A stretch of 64,000 nt of DNA from Octopus sinensis (Eukaryota): the NCBI RefSeq assembly GCF_006345805.1, contig NC_043016.1, positions 11,222,001 to 11,286,000 of the forward strand, written 5' to 3'. This document shows positions 1 to 12,750 of this stretch, piece by piece (position 1 is the stretch's first letter; every line of letters begins with the position of its first letter). A model generated the notes under the pieces. The model worked only from the letters and a program-made list of their open reading frames with translations, ran no database searches and was not told where the DNA came from. A program made the position numbers and the translations under genes.

Positions 1-337
1 TATACTCGCTCTGGTAGTAACTTCAAATGTACTTTTATTTATCAGTTTTGGACATCAGACTGATATATATATATGTATGTGTATGTATATATGTATGTAT
101 ATATATATGTATGTGGAAGAGAGTGTAATTCGGTAGGAGGACTTAAACGACATGCAAAGGTACATGAAGCCCAGTTACAACTACAGCCGGCTATTACTGG
201 TAAAGGTTTTAGTTGCCAATTTTGTACAAGACATTGTAGATCTTTAGCCGGGCTAAAAAGTCACATTTGATCACAGCACCAGTAACAGTTAAGCTTCGTG
301 CAATGGCCATACTCGATAACGAGGGGGCAGCCATCAT
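1..337 (+). mobile_element. 3' end of RTE-type LINE with two C2H2 zinc fingers, (TATG)n tail
   Basis: Removing an insertion at ~36-110 restores CTFCGRECNSVGGLKRHAKVH. A second finger reads CQFCTRHCRSLAGLKSHI*SQH. The element ends CAGCCATCATGTATG..., like the tail of the 7849-11225 LINE. Confidence 0.75.
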
Positions 338-676
338 GTATGTATGTATGTATGTATGTATGTATGTATGAATGTAAGTATGTATGTATGTATGTGTATG
401 TATGTATGTATGTACTGTATGTATGTGTGTGTGTATGTATGTATGTATGTATGTGTGTATGTATGTATGTATGAATGTAAGTATGTATGTATGTTTGAAT
501 GTAGTATGTATGTGTGTATGTGTATGTATGTAGTATGTATTGTATGTATGTATGTGTGTGTGTATGTATGTATGTGTGTGTGTATGTATGTATGTGTGTA
601 TGTATGTATGTATTTATGTATGTATGTATATATCTGTGTGCGTGTGTATGCATGTATGTATGTATGTATGTATGTA

Positions 677-714
<38 letters not shown>

Positions 715-735
715 GTATGTGTGTATGTATGTATA
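337..735. repeat. Compound (TATG)n/(TG)n microsatellite
   Basis: Direct reading; explains the MYVC/HTYI ORFs. Confidence 0.95.
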
Positions 736-931
736 TAGTTGTAAAACTATTAGTTCTAAATCTGAATGAGAAATAGCAGCAACATTCATCCTAACCAGGA
801 CTGCTACTTTATGCTGGCAAATAAACTTTACTTTATATAGTTGAAATTTACAGAAAAACAAAAGACAAAGACAGGTGTATGAACAAGAAGTAGGCGTATT
901 AGTTTGATGCTCGGGGGAAAAATGAAAAAGT

Positions 932-967
932 GTTTTATGTTTCGAGCCTATGCTCTTCAGCACAAAC
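932..967 (-). ncRNA. Decayed ultra-minimal hammerhead-like motif (family shared with 31717)
   Basis: Minus strand reads TTT-GTGCTGA-A-GAGC-ATAG-GCTC-GAAAC-AT-A-AAA. Flanks are homologous to 31717-31870. Confidence 0.4.
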
Positions 968-1111
968 GAATAAGAGAAAATAAACAGAGAGAGAATGAAA
1001 AAAACTTGTAGATTTCAGTGGTCCAGCATATACCTGTGTATGTATGAAAATTTGTTATATACATTTGTACATCCATATGTTCATATGTATATATATATGT
1101 GCGTATGTATG

Positions 1112-1142
<31 letters not shown>

Positions 1143-1162
1143 GTGTGTATCTATTTCTTTAA

Positions 1163-1340
1163 TGCCCACAAGGGACTAAACATAGAAGAGACAAACAAGG
1201 AATTAAGTCGATTACGTCGATCCCCGAAGGATGAAGGGCAAAGTCGACCTCAGCAGAATTTGAACTCAGAATGTAAAGACAGACAAAATACCGCTAAGCA
1301 TTTCACCTAGCATGCTAATGATTCTCTCAGCTCACCACCC
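1163..1340 (-). mobile_element. tRNA-derived SINE group B (internally deleted)
   Basis: Reverse complement matches the copies at 49930 and 51947 (GAGTTCAAATTC...GAGGTCGACTTTGCC). Confidence 0.8.
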
Positions 1341-1351
1341 TTGTGTGCATA

Positions 1352-1377
1352 CATATATGTATGTATGTATGTATGTC

Positions 1378-1414
<37 letters not shown>

Positions 1415-1910
1415 TTGTATGTAGGTATGTATGTATGTATGTATGTGTGTATGTATATGTATGTATGTATGTATGTATGTATTGTGTGTGTGGTGTATGT
1501 ATGTATGTATGTATGTATGTTGTATGTATGTATGTGTGTGGTATGTATGTATGTATGTACTGTTGTATGTGTGTATGTATGTATGTATGTATGTATGTAT
1601 GTATGTTGTATGTGTGTGGTGTTGTATGTATGTATGTGTGTTGTATGTATTTATGTATGTGTATGTATGTATGTATGTATGTATGTGTGTGTGTATGTAT
1701 GTGTATGTATGTATGTATGTATGTATGTATTGCAGTATGTATGTATGTTATGTATGTATGTATGTTTGTGTGTATGATGTATGTATGTATGTGTTTGTAT
1801 GTATGTATGTATGTATGTATGTATGTATATGTGTGTGTGTGTGTGTGTGTGTGGTGTGTATAAATGTGTGTGTGTGCGTGCACATATGTTTATGTATGTA
1901 TGTATGCATG
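1352..1910. repeat. Compound (TATG)n/(TG)n microsatellite
   Basis: Direct reading. Confidence 0.95.
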
Positions 1911-2359
1911 ATTAAACAATTCAAGGGTGAATTTTACTGCTTCAACCTTCAGAAGAGATAGCATGATAATGCCAAGGATATTATACCTCCATTATGCATC
2001 TAAAGAATTATTCAAGCTAATGCCATCTTCTTAATTCTAAAGACAGTAAATACCTTCGTTGGAACTGTAGGACAGTTCCATAAAACATGCCGCAACAAAT
2101 GAAAAGCGATTATTTTTAACACAATACATAAAGAGATACAAGCTTAATAGGCCATTTGCAACAGTGTTACATACACAAACATTATGTGCTGGCTGTGAGC
2201 TCTTGAATAATTTCGAATATAACTCCATAAAATTAGGATTTTGCATAATTTTATAATCTAAATTTATGGCAGAATTAGAAAAGGAAAAATAATTTACAAA
2301 ATTAATTAAGGTTATCTTCATCATAATTAATATTTTTAGGATTATTACGTATTGCTATC

Positions 2360-2745
2360 ATTACCATCTTTGTCACTGCCATCGTCATCATCAACATCAT
2401 CATGTTATCATCATCATCTTTAGCATCAGCATCATCATCGTCATCATCATCATTGTCATAATCATTGTCCTAGTTAACATCATCGTTGTTGTCATCATCA
2501 TCCACCAGCCTCTTCCTCCCCCTCCTCATCATCATCACCATCGTTACCATAATCATTGTCCTAGTTAAAATTATTGTTGTTGTCATCATCAGCCTCTTCC
2601 TCCTCCTCATTGTCATCGTCATCATCATCGTCGTCATCATCATCATCACCTTCATTACCATAATCATTGTCCTAGTTAACATCAGTGTTGTTGTCATTAT
2701 CAGCCCCTTCCTCCTCCTCATCGTCATCATCATCATCATCATCAT
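2360..2745. repeat. Degenerate (CAT)n tract with higher-order subrepeats
   Basis: Repeated CATAATCATTGTCCTAGTTAA and CAGCCTCTTCCTCC units. Confidence 0.85.
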
Positions 2746-2949
2746 GAGCCCAGTATTCTAACCACCAAGCCATGCATCTCCACCATTAAAATGATTTTAA
2801 ATTATTTGCTTACTCTATTCTTCAATATTTGTCTGTATGTGTGTGTATATATGTATATTTGTATAAATACAAGGTTATTCAAAAAGAATGAAGCGATTTC
2901 ATTACACAATATTTTAATAAGAAAAAGCAGTAGAAAACTCCAGCTAAGT

Positions 2950-3860
2950 CACAAGTATTTACTCACAATCAACTTTTATTTCCTGTCTTGCAAGTGTCCA
3001 ATATGCCACCAACTGCAGCATGGGCAACAACAATGTGATAAGAGGATTCCTCCCAGACACATATCAGCATATCATGATCCCCTGGTGGTGGTGTTTAAGG
3101 TATTGGGTAGTGGTGGAACATAAACGGGATCTTTTACATAACCCCACAAGAAAAAATCACACACGGTGAGGTCTGGGGATCTCACAGGCCAAGCACAAAG
3201 AGCAAAGTTTTGGGGCCCCTTTCTGACCAATCCATTACTGGGGCACTTTTCCATTTAAAAAAAGTTCAAGCCATCAGTTGCTAACAGGGCGAAGCTCCAT
3301 CTTGTTGAAAAATGAAGTCATGCGAATCTGCTTGCAGTGAAATGAAGAGACAGTTTGGGAGCATATCAAGATAAATTTGTCCTGTAATGGTGTTTCCTTC
3401 AAAGAAAAAGGGACCATAACCCTCGTCCTGAGACACAGTACAGAAGACGTTCACTTTAGGGGAATCTCTTTCATGCTCAACTGTTTGCTCTGTTCTCCAA
3501 ATATGCACATTGTGATGAGTGACTGTGCTACTCAAGTGAAAAGTTGCTTCATCACTAAAAATTAAACGTGAAATGAAGGTTTCATCTTCCTTCATTTCCA
3601 GCATCAATTTGCAAAATTCCATCCTCTTCATCTTATTGTTGGTAAGTGCCTGAACAAGGCATAGTCTGTATGGTTTCTATGTAGATGTCTTCTTAGCACA
3701 TGCCAGATAGTGGATTGAGAGATTACAAACTCACGGCTAGCTTAACTTGTGGACTTCCACAGACTCCCTTCAAATGCAGCAGGGATTCTCAGCACTTGTT
3801 TCTCCAAAACTCAAGATCGTCCTGGACTTTTTCCTTTACATAGGCACCCACTCTCTTGAA
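2950..3860 (-). mobile_element. Decayed Tc1/mariner-superfamily transposase
   Basis: LIFSDEATFHL, FQQDGA and WPVRSPDLTVCDFFLWGYVK catalytic-region motifs across frameshifts. Confidence 0.85.
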
Positions 3861-4221
3861 ACTGTTGAAACCATCATTGAATGTTCTTAGGAGAGAGTGG
3901 ATTAATGTCAAATTGCCCTTGGAAAGCATGCTGCACCATGACAACCAAATTTATTTTTGCAAACTCGAGAATGCAGAACACCTTTTCTTGGGACATCTAC
4001 TATATAAGGACTTTAACCCACATGGATATATGCACTCATGGATCTATGCAGGATTGCACCTAAGGACTCATGCTCTGGATTCTATAACTTCGGAAAGTTG
4101 AATTATGAACTTTTATGCCTTTTTTTTCCTTCTCTTTTTCTATCTCATTCTTTTACTTCCTTTCTTTATATTATCATCTTATTGATATATACCATTCTCA
4201 TTTTCCCTATTTTTTTCATTT

Positions 4222-4278
4222 GTCTCTGGTGATGGAATATCCTATGCCCGGGGGATATCCCAGAAACAGCTGTAAGAT
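4222..4278 (+). ncRNA. Type-I hammerhead motif with A6G core change
   Basis: GTCT-CTGGTGA-TGGAATATCC..GGATATCCCA-GAAAC-AGCT-GT-A-AGAT. Stems I and II pair; the stem III loop is palindromic. Confidence 0.65.
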
Positions 4279-4511
4279 TTTGAATTTCTTTCTATAATAA
4301 TATTGTATATGACTTGAGGTGTTTGCTTTGCCTTAATGTTTGAGGTCCTCTTTAACAATTATATATCGCTACTTTGGAAATCTGTAATGGCCCCGTAACT
4401 ACCATCTCGGCTATAACCTTGGAGCCCCAGTAATCCAGTACAGCACTAACCTAGCATACCTAATCGTTAGATCACCTGTGAACTAAATCCCCATACTTGT
4501 ATATATACACC

Positions 4512-4542
<31 letters not shown>

Positions 4543-4550
4543 ATATTATT

Positions 4551-4601
<51 letters not shown>

Positions 4602-5022
4602 ACACCACATATATAATTGTCAGTAAATCACAAATCCGAATGAGAAGCACACTCTAAGTTATGAAGCAGTAAAGTATTCAGAGAAAAATAGTTATGGTTG
4701 GTTCATAGGGTTACCCAACATTTCATGTCCATAAAGCACTTACCTTTACAGACGTCTCGACAAACCTTAATGGCTGGTTATAGTCCACTGACTGTTAGGG
4801 TCTGAAGAGACATATGTAAGGCTAAGTGCTTCATGAACACGACACCCTGGGTAAACCCTATGAACAGGCCATAACTATCTTTATCTATCTATCTGTATAT
4901 ATGTATATACATATGTACATATATATATATATATATATTAATATAAATAATATATAAATATATGCATATATACATATATATGTGTACATACCTACATATA
5001 TATGTATATATATAATTATATC

Positions 5023-5320
5023 AAATTAGAGACAATGAAAAACTTAATCCAATACATAATATTATTTAATTTATATTATTAAATATATAACAAAATTATT
5101 AAAAAAAATATAATTAATTATATTTTTTAAAATAATTTTGTTATATATTTAAATAATATAAATTAAATCATATTATGTATTGGATTAAGTTTCTCATTGT
5201 TTGATTTGCCTAATAGTGGTTTTGTCTCTAATTAATAAATATAATATTTTACTATAAAATTGGATTCAATCCTAAATCTGATTTTTCCCTGTAAGTTTGG
5301 ATTTATTCCCTAATATTTAT
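5023..5320. mobile_element. AT-rich foldback element, same family as 33420-33890 but without the hammerhead core
   Basis: Palindrome centred at ~5115/5116. Arms and the 3' extension match 33420-33890 in reverse; the element is flanked by (TA)n. Confidence 0.8.
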
Positions 5321-5567
5321 TATGTATATATATATTATGTATAATATATATTATGTTAATATATATATTATATATATATATATGCATATGTGGATACAGG
5401 ACATCAAACAAAACGCTAAACACAATGAGAAACAAAAGCATAAAAACAAAAACATAGAAACGAACTTTTTTCAAACAACGAAAAAAAACAGATAAAAGAG
5501 ATATACAACACAAAGAATATTCCCCTTCTTCAGTTGTCCCTGTTTCATCTACTCCACGTTTCAAAGG

Positions 5568-5598
<31 letters not shown>

Positions 5599-6099
5599 AT
5601 AATTCTCTGATAAATTACAGGACTCAGCACAAATGTAGAGTGTTCTTTAATACATTATAACAAATAGGCTCCAATTTCCAATACTCAGAAATGAAATCAA
5701 AAGTGTGAGCCTGAAGTAATCATTTGTGCACGTCATTCTCAAAGGTTTTTAAATGAAAGAACACAAGGATAATTCTTTCCTTTAAACTTTCATTTCATAT
5801 TTCAAAAAAAATTATTCAGACAGTGGATGTTTCTAAAGTGGCTCAGTTTACCTGCTAATGATCAGAAATGAGCAACTTTGAGTACTGGTTATCTCCGTTG
5901 TGTTTTTCGTTTTGTCTTCTTCTTTACCAGCATCTCTTGTTTTAAATGTTATCTGCTCAAAAGACAACTGACAAATGACCTTGTTTTCTGCTTGACAAAT
6001 GACAAAATGATTTCTTATTTTAAACAGGAAACCGTAGGTAGCTGCATTTAACAATATATGTGGGGATTTTATTATATAACCTGTTTGAGTTGAGTGAAA

Positions 6100-6530
6100 T
6101 CATTGTTGTAGCCAATGCCAGTGCTGCCTGACTGGCACCCAAGCTGGTGGCATGTAAAAAACACCATTCGAGTGTGGTCGATGCCAGTGCCACCTGACTG
6201 GTTTCCATGCCAGTGGCATGTAAAAAGCACCATTCAAGTGTAGTCAATACCAGAGCTGCAGGAGTGGCTCCCGTGCAGGTGGCATGTAAAAAATTTAAAA
6301 ATCACTATTCGAGTGTGGCCGATGCCAGTGCTGCCTGACTGGTTCCATGCTAGTGGCACATAAAAAGCACCCGCTACACTCTCAGAGTGGTTGGCGTTAG
6401 GAAGGGCGTCCAGCTGTAGAAACTCTGCCAGATCAGATTGGAGCCTGGTGCCGCTTCCTGGCTTGCTAGTGGTCCTCAGTCAAACCATCCAACCCATGCC
6501 AGCATAGAAAGCAGATGTTAAACGATAATA

Positions 6531-6566
<36 letters not shown>

Positions 6567-6570
6567 CTGA
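6100..6570 (+). mobile_element. RTE-LINE 3' UTR-derived element (group E) with ~66-bp internal tandem units and (ATG)n tail
   Basis: Repeated GTGCC-GT-GGCA(C/T)GTAAAAAGCACC units, then GGTTGGCGTTAGGAAGGG..AACCCATGCCAGCAT..AAACGAT(GAT)n. The same 3' end follows RTE ORF ends at 31041 and 39000. Confidence 0.8.
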
Positions 6571-7074
6571 TAATGATGATGAAGATGATAGGCAAGAGGA
6601 TATTTTTTAATACTGACAAAAGAAAAGTGGTACTAATATAATTCTAGAAAGATGAGTGCAATGGCAATAAAGCTATAATTCCAAACTAGATTCACTAAAT
6701 CACTAAAGTCTTTGTTCAAGTTTCAACTTTCTACATTCTGGGTTCAAATGCCAGTGAGGTCTGATTTCATCTCTTACGTGGATGAAAAGAAACGGATGCA
6801 CATCATTCGTGGTTGCTTGTTCATTTGTACTATGTCCGTGTGTGTTATGTCACCTGCTTGTATGAGGCAGATGAAGAATATGTTATTCAAGGCTTTGTTT
6901 TACAGCCAGATGCTGTTCCATGACACTAACCCCCTCACCTGTTTTTGAAGTAAAGAATTTCTCATTCTTCATGGATTCAAACGTATGGAGTAACTAAATG
7001 GGCAACAATACCGTCTGTAGTTTCATACAAGCGATCTCTGGTGTGAATAAACATTCACACACAACATAACAGAT

Positions 7075-7652
7075 CCACACCACACACACACACACACATA
7101 CACATGCACTCATGCATGGACATGCATACCATACACACACAAGCACACACATGCTCACACACACATGTGTATGCACACATACATGTGCACTCACTATGCA
7201 CACACACACACACACGCGCGATGGTTTGCCTTCAGTTTCACTCTAACAAATTCACTCACAAAGCTTTTGTTGGTCTGGGTCCTTGTAGAAGACACCCGCC
7301 CAGAGTGTGATTGAACTTGGAAACCAAGTGACCTTAACTTCACAGTTCTGTTGCCCATACTACACACACACACACACACACACACATACACATGCACTCA
7401 TGCATGGACATGCATACCATACACACACAAGCACACACATGCTCACACACACATGTGTATGCACACATACATGTGCACTCACATATGCACACACACACAC
7501 ACGCGCGATGGTTTGCCTTCAGTTTTCATCTCTAACAAATTCACTCACAAAGCTTTTGTTGGTCTGGGGTCCTTGTAGAAGACACCCGCCCAGAGTGGGA
7601 TTGAACTTGGAACCAAAGTGACCTTAACTTCACAGTTCTGTTGCCCATACTA
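7075..7652. repeat. Two-unit ~290-bp tandem duplication (CA-rich sequence plus SINE A fragment)
   Basis: CATGCACTCATGC at 7103 and 7391; GCCCATAC at 7353 and 7643. Confidence 0.9.
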
Positions 7653-7848
7653 CACACACACACACACACACACACATGCACACACACACATGCATATGCA
7701 CACACATAAACATATTTACATACAAACAAACAAACAAAAATATTCTGCTGTTGATGTTGAAAATCCAATGAAGGAATTTGGGTCTGTGTTACAAACTGAC
7801 CCTTTCTCTATTGGCAAGAAATCTTGAAATAAAACTGAACAGTGACAT

Positions 7849-10800
7849 ACGTACATGATGATTGCTTTATCTTGAGAGATGATAGCCGTCCCATCAACAC
7901 ACACATCACACCCCATCACGCAGCACAATCACTCCGTTGATGCGCTCTTAGATGACTTTAAGACCAGCTGCTGACTGAAAGGGTTTAAAACACAAATGAC
8001 AGATATTATTCAAGTGCCTTCTATATCTTTGCCCTTTGGAATCTGATTCTGAACATATGTTTTTTGTGAACTAGCATATGTCTTATAAGTCCAGATATTG
8101 GCTAACAAGATTTTTAACATTTGGCACACATCGTAAGAGGCTGTTGGTGTCCAAGACCATTACCTATCTGGGCATTACGATTTTCATGTGATTTCATATG
8201 ATTCATGTATCCTGCTTTTGACAACAGAACACGATCACATATAATACATATCCAATGTTTACTGTTGATTACAGTTCCAATTGTTCCTTTGCGACAGGCC
8301 CTTTTAAGTTCAGAGTGCTGAATCATCTTTTCCTCCCAAGCATTGCAACCAGTCCTAACAGCACCTTTCCACTTGTTCTGATCTAGAGCATCATTTTCCC
8401 AATTACTATTGTTCATATCTAGTTTCTTCAGGTTTTCCTTCACACAGTCTTTATACCTTTTCCTCGGCTTATGTTGTGGTCACTTACCAGAGTTGATCTC
8501 ACCATAAAAAAAGGCACTTTGGTAAACACTCATCTTTCATTCTAATAACACGTCCAGCCCATCTCTTTTGAGCCAAGATGACATGTTGTTTAATTGAGCT
8601 GCAACATGCCATGCACAAAATCTCTGTATCTGGTATGAAACATTCCCACTTGACTCCTAAGATATGTCTGAGGCACTTTTGATGAAATCTCTCCAGCATT
8701 TCTATGCGATACTTATAATGGTCCGTGTTGCTCTTGAATAAAGAAGTGCAGACAATACAGAAGCTTTATAGACACTGATTTTTGTCTGCAGGGAAATACC
8801 TCTATCTGCAGATACTCGCTTTTCAAGCTTTCCAAATGCAACACTTCCCTTCCCTATTTGATAGTATATCTCCGCATCAAGACCACCATCTCTAGACAGT
8901 GTGCTTCCAAGGTAAACAAAGGAGTCAATGACTTCTAACCTTGTTCCATTCACAAAAATGTTTGGTTCAGAAAATGCTTGTCCTTGCATGGGAGTAAACA
9001 TTACTTTAGTTTTCCCCAAACTAATTGTGAGTCTGAAATGTACACATGCAGTGGAAATGTTGCATATCCCTGTCTGAATGTGCCAACAAATCAGCATAAA
9101 GTAATTCTCTAACAAGCATTTTGTAAGTCTTTGCTTTGCAGTTAAACCGGGTCAAATTAAAAATATGACCAGATGTCTGGAATCTGATTCTGATTCCCCT
9201 GTTGCAATCCTTGAAAACATACCAAAGCAATGCAGCAAAATAAATAGAGAAAAGTGTTGGGGCAGGAATATCTCCCTCTTTGACACTGTTGTCCACCAAA
9301 AACTCGTGAGATAGCTCACCATTAAAGATTACCTGAGGTTTCCTGTTTCTGTATAGTTCCTTAAAGATGCTCACAAAATGTGTTGGGCAACCAAAACAAT
9401 CCACAGTGCCTCCCTGTTTACCATATCAAATGCCTTTGTTAAATCTATGAAGACCTGGTATAGTGGCATTTGTTCCTCAAAGCATTTCTCTTGAACCTGC
9501 CTCACAGAAAATATCATGTCCATTGTTCTTCACTCAGGTCAGAAACCACACAGTCCTTCAGGAATCACATGTGGACACATATTCTCAACAAGACAATCTA
9601 ACATAATCCTTGAAAGTATCTTCCCAGTAAGTGCCAGGAGAGTTATCCCTCTAAAATTATCACACACTGCTTTCGGAACCTTACCCTTGCATACAGAGAT
9701 TAGAATGCCATTTATCCTTCTTGTGGCACAGAGATTCTTTTTAAACTTGAGTTATTAGGTTATGAATTTCAGATGAAATATGATCCCCACCTGCTTTCAG
9801 AATTTCAACTGGAATATCATCCAATCGAGGAGCTTTACCTGATCTCCATCTGCATAACGCCAAATTTACTTCTTCAATGGAAGATGTATTGTTCATGTAT
9901 TGCACTATCTCTCTTTGCGGAATATTGTTTTATGATATCCATGTTCACTATAGATGGATTGTGGAAAAGATCTGAAAAGTGTTCTCTCAATCTATTCATT
10001 ATTCCAGAAGGATCTTTAATAACCTCATTTCCATCTTTCGACTTCAAGGGAACAAATGATGATGAAAATTGCAGTCCAAAAGCTTGCTGCAATAAACTAT
10101 AGAAACATTTAATGTCTTTCCTGTATTTCCTCAGACAAATTCCTCCACCAAGTGTCTTTAAGCCTCCTGAGTTCTTTTTGCATGTCTGCTTTCTGAGACT
10201 TGTACAACTTATCTAATCGCACTTTGTTCTTAACGTTTGGGTCAAGAAGCTCTTCGTTAGTGGCCCTCTTTGTTGCTAAAAACTCATTTATCACTGTATC
10301 ATTGGAATCAAACCAGTCTCAATGTTGTTTCCTCTTAAAACCTAACACGTCTGATCCTATTTTATATATTCCATCCTAGAAAGATTGCCATGAACCTTTA
10401 AAATAAACATTGTTGCACTCTTCTGAAACAACTGCAAAACTTGTGGTTGTCTTAGCAGCACTACATCAATTTTCTTTGGTACTCATACACCAGCACTACG
10501 AATCTTCTTATGGACCCTGAACTTGAACTTGGCCCTAACCATTTTGTGATCAATATCACAATTAGCACCCTGCAATACTCTGGGACTGCAGAAATCTCGT
10601 AAATCAGCTTTCCCAGTTAATACAAAGTCAATCATGTGACCTTGCTTTGATCTTGGGTGAATCCAGGTAACTTTATGCTTCATCTTAAGATGAAAGAAAG
10701 TATTCCTAACAACCAACCCTAGCTCAGAGAACCTTTGTAGCAGATGCAACCCATTGTTATTCACCTATCCTATTCCGTAACACCAAAGTACATTCCAAGT

Positions 10801-11225
10801 CTCTAGCAACACCTGCATTAAAGTCACCAAGCACAACCAACTTCTCATTCAAAGGGACTGACAGAATACTTCATCTAAAGCTCCTCATAAAATGCATGGG
10901 TATTTTCCTCACTAGCTGAAAGTGTAGGAACGTAAATAGGAAAAAAACAGTTACAAAACATCCACAAGAAAGAGGGATTTTGAGTTTCATTATGCGTGTA
11001 TTTATGCTTTGTGGTTGTTCTATGTCTTTTAGCAAATCGCTTCTAATTGCAAACCCAACACCACCTTCCCTTTTCTCTCCCTTCAGCTTCCCAGCCCAGA
11101 ATAATGTGAAACCTGCTAATCTTTCGACAAGGTGATCTTCATCTGAAAATCTTGTTTCGGAAAGAGCCGCAATATCAACATTAATACGCTTTAGCTCCTT
11201 AGTTACTAGAGGTTAGAAACTGGCT
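7849..11225 (-). mobile_element. Decayed near-full-length RTE/BovB-like LINE (APE endonuclease, RT, C2H2 finger)
   Basis: Motifs KELKRINVDIAALSETRF, GVGFAI, LGDFNA, TWIHPRSKQGHMIDFV, DIPAPTLFSIYF, ELLYAD, LEVIDSFVYLGSTLS and CIICDRVLLSKAGYMNHMKSH. Many stops and frameshifts. Direct repeat at 7802-7848 and 11226-11272. Confidence 0.93.
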
Positions 11226-11284
11226 CTTTCTCTATTGGCAAGAAATCTTAAAATAAAACTGAATAATGACATGCATACATACAT

Positions 11285-11510
11285 GCATGTATGTCTGTGT
11301 GTCTGTGTTTGTCCCCCCCAACATCGCTTGACAGCTGATGGTGGTGTGTTTACGTCCCCATAACTTAGCAGTTTGCCAAAAATAAAAAAAACGATAGAAT
11401 AAGTACTAGGCTTTCAAAGAATATGTCCTGGGGTCAATTTGCTTCACTAAAGGCAGTACTCCAGCATGGCCACAGTCAAATGACTGAAACAAGTATAAGA
11501 GAAAAAGAGA
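11285..11510 (+). mobile_element. SINE group A, 3' half
   Basis: Matches the 3' half of 21141-21558. Confidence 0.8.
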
Positions 11511-11544
11511 AAAAGAGAATACATACATACACACCATGTGTGTG

Positions 11545-11585
<41 letters not shown>

Positions 11586-12417
11586 ATGTGTGTAAAACAG
11601 ACGTCAAAGCATGGTGCAGACTGTCAAACCATCCAACCCATGCCAGCATGGAAGGAGGATGTTAAACGATGATGATGATGATGATGTGTGTGTGTGTATA
11701 CAGGAGCTTCTTTCAGTTTCCATCTATCAAACTCCACTCACAAGGTTTTGGTCAGCCCAAGTCTACAACTACAGAAGCAAACGCTTGCTTACAGTGCCAC
11801 GTTGGTTACGTTGGAACATCTAACCGGAATATAATGGAATTTCACTTGAAATCAAGATTATCAAACAGATTATCTGCACGCTGCAGACATACGGCTGCTG
11901 AAACCAAACAACTAATAAAATTTAAAACATCTCCATGAATGAGCATGAATGACAAGAGATACCCTACAACACATGGAATTGGTAATTACAATATGGCAAT
12001 GTTACCTGCATAATTTGGTAGCCTTAAGTCATTCTTTAGAAATAAATGAAATAAACCAAAACGGAACCAATTTCATTCATGTCAAAATTACATTTCTTTG
12101 AATGTTCTGGCTATGAATAATTCCTTGATAACATTCCTTAGTTACATAAATTCTACACAACATAGAAGTTCCTGTTTATCATGCCATAGTTACCATATTG
12201 TATGATGTAGGATATCATTTCCTTTGTATTATTCCATAGTCACCATGATCTACGTAAGGCAGAAAAGTTCTTTTATAGCATTCTATGACGTCAGAAAAAC
12301 TGTTACAGTTGGGTTACTACAGTACATCAATTTCCCTTTTCCTAATTTATTGATGTTTATCACGCATGCTTATATTGGCTTGTACGTAAATGTGAACATG
12401 CACATACATGCTCAGAT

Positions 12418-12485
<68 letters not shown>

Positions 12486-12750
12486 CTGCACAAGTACATT
12501 ATACATACATTCCCATACATATATAATGCTATGCACAAAATTTTCAGACCTTGAGTTATTTTTTAAAACTTTTTGCTAATTAGAAATATATGTGTGTGTG
12601 TGTGTTGTTGTGTGTATGTACATAGCAGTCTATTCCTCCTGTTTGGGTCACCAAGCCTGTATGTATGTGTATATATACGTATGTATGTTGTATACATATA
12701 TATATCTATCTAATTTATATATATTATTATATATATATATATATATATAT

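Noticed and set aside
25-65. U2 snRNA-like TTATCAGTTT..CTGATA
   Set aside because: The match is short and gapped, and it lies in an insertion within a LINE zinc finger.
261-1961. Long MYVC/HTYI ORFs (also 36270-36845 and 57813-58385)
   Set aside because: Translations of stop-free microsatellites.
2037-2324. Possible PLE linker/GIY remnant (..SNEGIYCL)
   Set aside because: Similarity is too weak and there is no YIG motif; an HMM search would be needed.
5480-5570. Hammerhead-like CTGAAGA/GAAAC pieces (also 25066-25105, 32205 and 53330-53450)
   Set aside because: Stems I and III cannot be formed convincingly; at best these are heavily decayed remnants.
6100-6400. CRISPR-like regularly spaced repeats (also 49648-49735)
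   Set aside because: Units are wholly repeated with no unique spacers or cas genes; they are internal repeats of transposable elements.
11783-11840. GIY-YIG-like peptide ACLQCHVGYVGTSNR
   Set aside because: The DNA aligns with a decayed SINE A segment (AGAAGACACTTGCCCAAGGTGCCACG..AACCCGGAACCATGTGG), so the resemblance is likely coincidental.
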